This document shows, one piece after another, positions 29,858-38,460 of a DNA stretch of 64,000 nt. The DNA is from Phycisphaerae bacterium (GTDB lineage Bacteria; Planctomycetota; Phycisphaerae; UBA1845; Fen-1342). Each line of letters opens with the position of its first letter. Positions within the stretch are counted from its first letter, which is position 1. The DNA lies in contig CAXXWX010000003.1 in NCBI GenBank assembly GCA_963675745.2, positions 128,001 to 192,000 on the forward strand, read 5' to 3'. Below the pieces are notes generated by a model. That model was not told where the DNA came from. It searched no databases and saw only the letters and a list, made by a program, of their open reading frames with translations. The translations under genes were made by a program, and so were the position numbers.

Positions 29858-30493
29858 GTGAAGAAACTCTGCCCGAAGATCATCCTCGAAGGCACACGCC
29901 TGACCTTCAAGACCGAACTTGCGTTCGCGCTGAACGAGCATCCGCGCATCGTCGGGCCACGCCGCTATCGCTACCACTCGCCGGTGATTTCCGCTGAGTG
30001 GTGCGGCTTTACGAACGTTCCGTGGGGTCGCGGGCTGGTCAACTTCGATCCGGATTCGGAAGAGCAGCTCGCGCTGGAGACCTATGAAACCTGGCTGCGG
30101 CTGTTCGAGCTCCAACGATACTACTCATGGATCGTCGATCGCTTTCACATCTCGACGCGCGTTTACCAGATGCGCGCCAACGGATGGGATTACGACTTCC
30201 GCTGGATTGAGCAACGTCTGCTGCCGCTCGGATTCCATATCGTGCTGTGTACGCGAACGCCGGGATCGTTCGCGGCGGCGCGGCGCCAGCGACTGCGCGT
30301 GTCGGGTAATCCGGCGCAATACAACGACCTCGACGAGTTCATCGACGAGCAAGACACATATCGCGAGCTTGCCGCCGACTCGTTGCTGCCGGTCCGCGAG
30401 ATCGACATGTCGCACAACGACGTCGCGCGGGCGGCCGATGAGGTGGCCGACTGGCTGACGGAGTCGGGCGGGCTGTGGGCACCGCAGCCATAA
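29858..30493 (+). CDS. Nucleoside monophosphate kinase-like protein with atypical P-loop
   Basis: IILEGTRLTFKT at the Walker A position; WIVDRFHIS resembles the thymidylate-kinase DR motif. Confidence 0.6.
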   Translation: MKKLCPKIILEGTRLTFKTELAFALNEHPRIVGPRRYRYHSPVISAEWCGFTNVPWGRGLVNFDPDSEEQLALETYETWLRLFELQRYYSWIVDRFHISTRVYQMRANGWDYDFRWIEQRLLPLGFHIVLCTRTPGSFAAARRQRLRVSGNPAQYNDLDEFIDEQDTYRELAADSLLPVREIDMSHNDVARAADEVADWLTESGGLWAPQP

Positions 30494-30840
30494 CGCCTCA
30501 GCGACGGTTTTGGTACGTCTCGCGGCGACCAACGCCGATAAGATCCAGCATAGGCCCGGCACGCGTGACGATGTTGGCCGGCGCGAAGCGTTCGCAGCCC
30601 GGCGGGGCCGAGCAGTCCGGCCCGCCAGCCCTAAATGCGACCCGGCGCATCGTTTACCGCCAAGAAGACGGTTGCCCACGTGCGTGAAACGTGTTATGAT
30701 TTTGTTGTAGAAGCACAAGTCGCTCTGTGCGGCGAGCGCGGCGGCGACCACAGATCGGTCGATGTGTGCTCAAAACGGCCAGTCATTTCCTACAGCGTAG
30801 GAGCGAGGTCATGGTATCGGCTTCCGTTAACAGGAACACC

Positions 30841-31848
30841 ATGAAAGGCTTCACCCTGATCGAGCTGCTCGTAGTGGTGGCCATCATCGCACTGCTGATC
30901 TCGATCCTGCTACCAAGCCTCACCGATGCGCGCGAGCAAGCCAGAAAGGTCAAGTGCGGCGCGAATCTCCATGGGTTGGCGCAAGCGATGATGCTTTGCG
31001 CGAACGAGAATGAGGGATACTTCCCGACCTGGGACGACGAGGCCAAGTACGCATACCAAGACCCCAAAACCGGTTTCTCAATGATGGCGTCCTGGGCGGA
31101 CACGCTCTTCGACCTCGGTTACGCCGCGAACCGAGATATGCAGTTGTGTCCAACTCGTAGAAAAGATGAGTACTTCTCGTCAAACCGCGGCAAGGCCTGG
31201 GGCACCGGGTACGTGAACCGGTTTGGCGTTGGCGAGGACTTCAAGCCCGGCAACTACACGGCGTACGGCCTCAGAACGCCTTGGTGCATTACAACTGGGA
31301 GGCGGATCTCACTGGGAAACGAGACGCGCCAGATCTATGGCCATGGACGCCGCCTGGACGTGGTTCGGGAACATAAACGCCGCGTATATGCTGAAAGATA
31401 CGATTGGTTGGCCCATGCCGGGCGAGCCGTACGAGACTCCAGACTGGGATTCCACAATGCACGCGTGGCGCCACGGGCGACAACGTCAGTCGCAGGCCGC
31501 GTTCCTCGACGGCCACGTCGAAGCGATTACGCCCAAGGTTCCGCACAATTTCATGGAGCTGTTTTTTGAGACCGTGGACACGGAGCGTTACTTTACGTGG
31601 CTTCCCGGCGAGTTGCCGCTGCGTCACTGTTGGGAACCATACAGAGGAATCGTCACGGAGTGGACCGGTAGACTGCCGAAGTTCGCGGCAAGGGCGGAGG
31701 CGATCATCCGCGGAGCTATCCCGACGAGCTCAGTACCCGCTGGCGCAGCGGGATGGACCCCAGCTACGTCGGAGCAGGTGTGATTTACGACCGGTACAAT
31801 GGTGAGCAACGCTGGCGAGAGTTTCCCGGCGGGCTGAAGCGCAAGTAG
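30841..31848 (+). CDS. Prepilin-type N-terminal/DUF1559-like protein with H-X9-DG motif, frameshifted near 31273-31337 and 31695
   Basis: [32 protein letters not shown]...AFLDGHVE in a second frame; C-terminus ...[20 protein letters not shown] in a third frame. Confidence 0.75.
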
Positions 31849-31871
31849 GAGACACCTGGCGGGAGCATGCT

Positions 31872-32276
31872 TTGAAGCGTACACCCCTTCTTCTGGTCGT
31901 TGCCGCGCTGCTGGCCCTGGTTCTTATCCTTCGAGTCGTCTGGACGAACGATGAGATTCCCGATACGGGGCGCATTCGCGTCATCGGTGTGAGCCTCGCA
32001 ACGGGCAAAGACGTGGATTTCGAGGTCAGCAAGACCGAGACCTCTCCGTTCGCCTGCCCGGAAACCGGTGAACGGTGCGTGTTTCCGTGGTATTTTGACA
32101 AGAGCAACGGCAAGCGTTTTGTGCCGCCGCCTGTAAAGCGCGCGGACGGTTCGTGGGGGATGCCGACCATTCCCATCAACCCAAACACGGGCGCGACAGG
32201 GAGCATGTGGATGCCACCGCTCCACCAGGACCAACACAAAGGCGACGAACCCCTCCCCGCGTGGCCGCCGAAGTAG
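31872..32276 (+). CDS. Exported/membrane-anchored hypothetical protein
   Basis: N-terminal hydrophobic helix, CPETGERC; follows the prepilin gene. Confidence 0.6.
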   Translation: MKRTPLLLVVAALLALVLILRVVWTNDEIPDTGRIRVIGVSLATGKDVDFEVSKTETSPFACPETGERCVFPWYFDKSNGKRFVPPPVKRADGSWGMPTIPINPNTGATGSMWMPPLHQDQHKGDEPLPAWPPK

Positions 32277-32405
32277 CGGCAGCGCGCGCAACGAGGGGAT
32301 AGACACTCGAGATCGCTGTACGGGCGACGATGTGAGCCGCCCCGATTCCACGATCCCGTCGCCCCGCAACCCAACACAATCGCGAGACGCCGCTGCCGCG
32401 CCCCT

Positions 32406-32445
32406 GCCTCGTTGCCTTGCTGCCTCGCTGCCTCGTTGCCTTGTT
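32406..32445. repeat. Tandem octamer repeat GCCTCGTT/GCCTTGCT (5 units)
   Basis: Directly visible between convergent genes. Confidence 0.75.
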
Positions 32446-32457
32446 ACCTTCCCCCCC

Positions 32458-33102
32458 CTACAACCTCGTCAGGAACCGCGTCAGCGCCACGATATGCGCC
32501 CGCAGCGCCTTCAGGCCTCGATGACAGAGCATGTGGACCGCCGCTTCGCTCTTGTCGAGTTTCTCGGCTATCTGCCTGACCGAGTATGACTCGAGGAACC
32601 GCAGGCGGACCACTTCGCGCTGGTCGTCGCACAGGCGCGCCAGGCTGGACATGACCGCCGCGATCGCTTCGTCGCGGGCCAGCCGGCGGCTGGGTGATGT
32701 GTCCGGCGCCGTGAGGTGGCCGACCAGGCCGGGATATGACGTGCGCGGATCGACGCGCAGCCGGGCTTCGCGGCCGACATCGCGCTTGTGCCGCCGCAGC
32801 TTACGCTGCGCATCGCTGAGTTGGTTCAGCGCAATGCGCTCCAGCCACTTGTAGAAACCGCCGGGCGAATCAAAACGCGCGTCGGCGACGGCCTTGACGG
32901 CCGAGATGTAGGCCTGCTGAAGCACGTCATCCGGGTCGAGACGATGGTGCAAAGCCTGGTCCACGGCCGCGGTCAGCCGTATGCGCAACGGACGGTGATA
33001 TTCCACGATCAACCGCTGAAGGGCATCCTGATCGCCGTCGCCGAGCCGTTCAACGTCGGCCTGGCGCTGCTGCTCGTCCATTCGTTGGCGAATCGCTGAC
33101 AC
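32458..33102 (-). CDS. ECF sigma-70 factor, planctomycete type
   Basis: GDQDALQRL, DPDDVLQQAY, FYKWLERIA, DTSPSRRLARDE, region 4 LCDDQREVVRLRFLE..S..QIAEKL. Confidence 0.9.
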   Translation of the reverse strand: MSAIRQRMDEQQRQADVERLGDGDQDALQRLIVEYHRPLRIRLTAAVDQALHHRLDPDDVLQQAYISAVKAVADARFDSPGGFYKWLERIALNQLSDAQRKLRRHKRDVGREARLRVDPRTSYPGLVGHLTAPDTSPSRRLARDEAIAAVMSSLARLCDDQREVVRLRFLESYSVRQIAEKLDKSEAAVHMLCHRGLKALRAHIVALTRFLTRL

Positions 33103-33133
33103 CGGAGTGCGCTCCTGCGTGGAAAGACGTGAG

Positions 33134-33353
33134 CAGTTCTCAGTTCTCAGTTCTCAGTTCTCAGTTCTCAGTTTTCAGTTCTCAGTTCTCAGTTCTCAGT
33201 TTGCAGTTTGCAGTTTGCAGTTTGCAGTCTTGGGATTCGGCGCTCAGATATCCCACGGCCGCAACGACTCCTCCCACCACCAACACTATCTACACCAACC
33301 ACGAAACGCCAAACCCTGAAAACTGAAAACTGAACACTGAAAACTGAAAACTG
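33134..33353. repeat. Heptamer tandem repeats in inverted arrangement (CAGTTCT/CAGTTTG x14; AAAACTG x5)
   Basis: 33134-33231 forward units; 33319-33353 complementary units. Confidence 0.9.
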
Positions 33354-33544
33354 GTTGCAACGGGGCGAACCTTGCGGTCCGCCCCACAGCCCCGGGCCGT
33401 TGCGCCGAACATTGCTCTGCTCCTACGAACGACGTTTGGCGGCGTGTCTAACGCGCACTCGTGAGACTATTCCGACGGCCCCTACCGATCCGTGCCGGCG
33501 CGGCATAAACCCGGGCCTGTCACTTGGCAGTATGCAACGCCGTT

Positions 33545-33598
33545 ATGAGCCGTGCTTGTCCCGCCGTTGCACAGCACGGCTCACAGAGCCGTGGCACG
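33545..33598. repeat. REP-like palindrome (GTGCCACGGCTCTGTGAGCCGTG family)
   Basis: Near-identical copy at 52402-52426. Confidence 0.6.
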
Positions 33599-33628
33599 CC
33601 GGATCGTCTGCCGGATTGCGCTGGCGGC

Positions 33629-35543
33629 TTACTCACCCATCCACTTGTGAGCCGCCTCGACCAGTTCGGCCGGATAGCCTTCCAGTTCCAGAATGCGCAA
33701 CGCGTTTCGCGTGAGCGCCGGCCCGTCGTGCAGCGAGTAGTCAAACACCAGCTCCGCGCTCTCGAGATTCTCGCGAAAGTGGTGGTTGCGCGCGGAGTTT
33801 CCGTCGGCGAGTTTGGTCAGATGTGGATCGTGAGTTGCGAGCAGAAACAGGTTGTCCGAGCCGAGCAGGTGCTGCACGACCGCCACGCTGGCCGCCGTCT
33901 GGTCGTGCGAATTCGTTCCGCGGAACGGCTCGTCGATCAAACCCAGTATCGGTCGCGCCCCCGCCGGCGGCAACACCATACGCCGCAGGTGCCGGACCTC
34001 GGCCAGGAAGTAGCTTTCGCCGTCGGCGAGATTGTCGCGCGCGCGCAGGTCGGTGATCAGGCGCAGCGGCGACCAGCGCATCTCGTCAGCCGTGGCCACG
34101 CACCCGATTTGCGCCAGGAGCACGTTGATTCCCACCATCCGCAGAAACGTGCTCTTACCGGCCATGTTCGAGCCGGTAATCACCCAGAGACGCTCTGTCG
34201 GCGAAAGTGCGGCGGTGTTTGGAACGACGCGCTCGGGCGACACGAGCGGGTGGCGGCCGGCGGTGACCCTCAGCTCGGTTGCGTCAACCGGCACGGGATA
34301 GCACCTGACGGGTTGTTCGGCGGCGAAGGCGCCCAGGCAACACAGCGCGTCCAGCTCGGCCAGGGCCGACAAGGCGGCCAGCAATTGCTCGCGATGCGGA
34401 CTGGCGCAGGTCGAGGATGGCCTGGGCAATGTGTACGTCGGCAAGCGTCACCAGATTGACCAGCTCCCACAAGCCGCCACCCGGGTCCGCCCAGGCAACT
34501 CGCCGGCGCAACCTTGGCAATACGTCGGGCGCCGCGACGGCGGCACAACGCTCGCGCAGCGCGGCGAGTCGGCCGGCGTCGGGCAGATCGTCGGCGGCCT
34601 GCCACGCGGCCACCAGGAACGCGCGCGCCGGCCAGCCGATGCCCTCCCAATCACTCTTGCACTCGACGACCCGCGCGCGTCCATAGCGCAGCATCAGGAA
34701 ATTGACGAACAGCAACAGGATGCCCCAGACCGCCCAGCGCAAGTCGCCGACCGCGAGCCGAGCGATCACAAACGCAGTGAACATGGTGCTCAAGAGCGAC
34801 CACGCTTTCATCACCGCCGGCGGCAGCAGCAGTTTCAGCGGCTTGGCCTTGTCGACAGCGGTGATCAGCTTGGACAAACGCCGATCTTCGCCGCGCAGCG
34901 CCGCAAGTGCCGCCATCAGGCGCAGCCGGTGTTCGTCGTGCTCCGCCAACCACCTGACCATCTGCTGGCGCGCCAGGATGTGCTCGGCATCGAGAGCGGG
35001 CCGCACGAGCGTGTCGCGCAGCCGTCGCGCGCCGAGCGCCGAAGATGTGCGATTCAACAAGCCGAAGATGCCGACGGGCGCGGCGAAGATGTCCAGATCA
35101 TCCTGCTCTTGCGCGGACAGCGGCCAGGTCTCCCCTTCCGGGAAAACGGCTGGAAGGACCGAATCCTCGTCCGCGTTGTCGGCGGGACGGTGCCAATCGC
35201 GGACGCATGTCACGGCGCCGCCGGCGCGTTGCAGAGACTCATCGACGGCCAGCAGCAGTCGATCGCCCATCTCGCGCTGCATCTGAGCGTGGTGGTGTTT
35301 CCTGACTGCAAGGATGAATAGCCCGGCCGAGGCCAGGATCACCGCCACCGTAAAATACGGCTGAGTCGTCATGACCAGCAGCGAGGCCAGGGCCAGCACA
35401 AACAGCGCCAGACGCGTCCACGACCAGCCGGACTCGCGCGCGGCCCACAAGTTGCGCTGCCGCTGATACTGACGCCGTAGTCCATCCAGCGCAGTGGCCG
35501 GGCGTTCGGGTGTAGTGCCTGATGTCTGTGCGGTCTCGGTCAA
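33629..35543 (-). CDS. Membrane-associated MutS-family ATPase (domain V), frameshift near 34409
   Basis: N-terminal TM pairs, DLDIF...GIFGLLNRT; C-terminal HPL, ITGSNMAGKSTFLR, SYFLAEV, IDEPFRGTNS, ATHD; the halves join with a 1-nt shift. Confidence 0.85.
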
Positions 35544-35614
35544 CCGTCATCGCCCCTGTCGCGGCCGCCGTGAAATCCGTAGCGGCCACCCCCCGAGTCG
35601 GCCGTTGTCGCAAC

Positions 35615-37012
35615 TCAAATCTCGACGCGCATCTCGCGCTGTACCGTGCGTACCTGCTGGAAACCGAGCGCCCGCGTTTTCTCCGCGAGCGCTTCGCTCT
35701 GATCAGGCTCGCCATGCACCAGGAACAATTGCTTGGTGTCACGCGCGCGTGGCTTGAGCATGCCGATGAGCTCGGCCTGGTCGGCATGGCCGCTGAATCC
35801 GTGAATCTGCACAACCTCGGCCCGCACCGTATAGCTCTCATGAAACAGGTTGATCCGATCGGCGCCGTCAGCCAACCTCCGCCCCAACGTGTGGCCGGCC
35901 TGAAACCCCGGGATCAAGATGGTGTTCTTCGCCTTGCGGATGTTGTTCTTGATGTGGTGGCGGATGCGGCCGAATTCGCACATGCCGCTCGCCGAGATGA
36001 TCACACACGGCCGACGACGGCGATTCAACGACTTGCTTTCTTCCACATCGCGAATGTACGTGCAGCAGTCGCCCCCCAGGATGTCACTGGTGACACTCTG
36101 GAAAGCGCGCGCCTCGGCGTCGTAGCACTCAGGGTGCAGCCGAAACACCTCGGTGGCGTTCACGGCCAGCGGGCTGTCGACGAACACGGGAATACGCGGG
36201 ATGGCGCCGGCCACCATCTGCTGATGCAGGAAATACACAATCGTCTGGGTGCGTCCGACGGAGAACGCCGGGATGATTATCTTCCCGCCGCGCTTGACCG
36301 TGCGGTTAACCACCGCCGTCATCGCCTCCATGGCGTCGTCGACGGTCTCGTGGAGCCGGCCGCCGTAGGTGCTTTCGCACAGGATTACATCCACGGGCGG
36401 AATCGGCTTGGGGTCGCGGAGAATGGGCTTTTCCGGACGCCCCATGTCGCCGGTGTAGAACAACCCGGGGGCGTGGCCGTTACGCTTGGCAAACTCGACC
36501 TGGACGCTGGCCGAGCCCAGCATGTGCCCCGCTTCCTGAAAGCGGGCGATCATCCCCGGCACCACCTCGAACCAGCGGCTATACGGCACGGAGTGCATCA
36601 GCTTGACGGCCGCGACGGCGTCTTTGTAGTTGTAAAGCTCGTCGATCGGTTCGAGGCCTTTGCGCTTCCGCTTCTTGTTGACGTACTTGACATCCTCCTC
36701 CTGAATGTGGGCGGAGTCGGCCAACATGATCGCACACAGGTCGCGCGTCGCCGGTGTCGCGTAAATCGTCCCCTCGAACCCGTCGCGGACAAGACGCGGC
36801 AGCCGGCCGGAGTGGTCAATGTGTGCGTGTGACAGCACCACCGCGGCAATATCCTTGGGCGGCACGGGCCACGCACGGTTCTTCTGTTCCGTTTCCGCGC
36901 GCCGACCGTGGTACAGTCCACAATCAAGCGCCACCCACTTATCATCGATGCGCAGCATGTGCATCGACCCGGTCACCTCACCGGCGGCACCGTGGAATAC
37001 AAGTTCAGGCAT
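35615..37012 (-). CDS. Metallo-beta-lactamase/beta-CASP RNA-processing nuclease
   Basis: GAAGEVTGS, SHAHIDHSG, AGHMLGSA, ESTYG, PAFSVGRTQ, SASGMCE, FSGHAD, VHGE. Confidence 0.92.
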   Translation of the reverse strand: MPELVFHGAAGEVTGSMHMLRIDDKWVALDCGLYHGRRAETEQKNRAWPVPPKDIAAVVLSHAHIDHSGRLPRLVRDGFEGTIYATPATRDLCAIMLADSAHIQEEDVKYVNKKRKRKGLEPIDELYNYKDAVAAVKLMHSVPYSRWFEVVPGMIARFQEAGHMLGSASVQVEFAKRNGHAPGLFYTGDMGRPEKPILRDPKPIPPVDVILCESTYGGRLHETVDDAMEAMTAVVNRTVKRGGKIIIPAFSVGRTQTIVYFLHQQMVAGAIPRIPVFVDSPLAVNATEVFRLHPECYDAEARAFQSVTSDILGGDCCTYIRDVEESKSLNRRRRPCVIISASGMCEFGRIRHHIKNNIRKAKNTILIPGFQAGHTLGRRLADGADRINLFHESYTVRAEVVQIHGFSGHADQAELIGMLKPRARDTKQLFLVHGEPDQSEALAEKTRALGFQQVRTVQREMRVEI

Positions 37013-37258
37013 GTCGGGATCTCCACAAGGCTGTGAAGCCGATGATCCTACGCGGATGGACGCCGCATCGCAATGAAACCGCGAAACGGCGTGATGTGGT
37101 TGAAAGGCGCCGGCGGCATCGTGGAGAGGCGCATTGAACCTGGAGCGCGAGCGCTCGGCGGGTGTAAAACGTGATTGAGTATGCCTATACCCCTCACGCG
37201 GTTCGAACCGCGCGCAAACGGTCGAACGGTACTTGCATTGGTGGTGACCTGTGTCGTG

Positions 37259-38284
37259 CTACTCCCAGGCGGCTCCGTCGGGAAGCTCCGGATTCGGATT
37301 GACCGTCCCGGGGAAACCATAAAGCAGCACGCGATTGGCGTACTTCAGCTCTTTCGATGTGACCGGCTCCGCGTGCCCATCAAAGAACGCCGTGTTCGTA
37401 CGACCGTCCATACGGCCATCGCGCGCCTTGGAGCAGGCGCTGCGGTGCGCGGTGTCATCATTATTACCGTACACGGCGTACGCCTTGAGTTTCGCGAAGT
37501 GGGGCGCGAAGCACGGGAACGTGCGGCCCGACCAACGATACTGATATGGGCCTTCCTGCTGCAAACCCGGGGCAAACGAATTGCCGTCATACGGTCGATA
37601 CCACGCATCCGCAATCATCCACTCGCGTGATGGCGACGCGACCTTTGTCACCGGCAAAGGCGGATGTTTCTTCTCAAGCGCGAGCAGGTCGGGGTTGGTG
37701 CTGCTGTATGAGCTGAATCCGAAGTAGTACGGCGGATTAGTAACGCGGACCTGGTCTGTGGGGCCGGCCTGGTCACCTTCGGCACCGATGTTGTTGATCA
37801 CGTAGTGCGTCGGTTGGACGCCGTTGCCAACCTGGGCAGCCGCGATAAAGTGCGAATCCGGCGTGATCTTGAGCATCGAGGGGCAAGTGCTGACGCGGTC
37901 AGTCATGCTGCCGGCTGCACTCGTGCTGTCGTTGAACGATGACCGCAGTTTAAATGTCAGGAATCGGTTTTGCCACCAGATGGCTTGGTCGTATGTGCGC
38001 TGGGGGAATGGGTCCGGCGGGTTCATGAGGGCGTCCAGCCCGGTGTTACGGTACAACGCCGGGTGTAGCCCGCCGGGTAGGCGTTCCTCCCAGTCGTTGG
38101 TGTAGATCAACACGCCCTGGCCGATGGTGCGCAGATTGCTTAGACACACCATGGCTTTGGCCTGCTCGCGAGCACGGCCGAGCGACGGCAGAAGGATCGA
38201 TATCAGCAGCGCTATAATCGCTACGACGACGAGCAGCTCGATCAGGGTAAACGCTGCTTTGGTGTTCTGCTGAGCGTGTCGCAT
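37259..38284 (-). CDS. Prepilin-type N-terminal/DUF1559-like protein with H-X9-DG-type motif
   Basis: [51 protein letters not shown]. Confidence 0.88.
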   Translation of the reverse strand: MRHAQQNTKAAFTLIELLVVVAIIALLISILLPSLGRAREQAKAMVCLSNLRTIGQGVLIYTNDWEERLPGGLHPALYRNTGLDALMNPPDPFPQRTYDQAIWWQNRFLTFKLRSSFNDSTSAAGSMTDRVSTCPSMLKITPDSHFIAAAQVGNGVQPTHYVINNIGAEGDQAGPTDQVRVTNPPYYFGFSSYSSTNPDLLALEKKHPPLPVTKVASPSREWMIADAWYRPYDGNSFAPGLQQEGPYQYRWSGRTFPCFAPHFAKLKAYAVYGNNDDTAHRSACSKARDGRMDGRTNTAFFDGHAEPVTSKELKYANRVLLYGFPGTVNPNPELPDGAAWE

Positions 38285-38460
38285 CGTTCGTTTCACCTCA
38301 CGTGAAGACATCCGTGCCCGGCACAGGATTCCCAATGAACAGGTACAAATCGTGCAACGCACCGCCACCTACAATGCACATCGGTTAGGCTGCGGTTCGA
38401 GCCTCACAGGAAGCGCACCTATTAAATACGAAACTGAACATAATTAGAATATACCCCATT

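Noticed and set aside
33107..33326. ORFs reading QFSVLSS repeats
   Set aside because: Translation of the heptamer repeat; no evidence of coding
35522..36832. 436-aa plus-strand ORF
   Set aside because: Antisense to the well-supported beta-CASP gene
37196..37211. Perfect palindrome CGCGGTTCGAACCGCG
   Set aside because: A single short GC-rich hairpin; could be a terminator remnant, with no riboswitch or tRNA context
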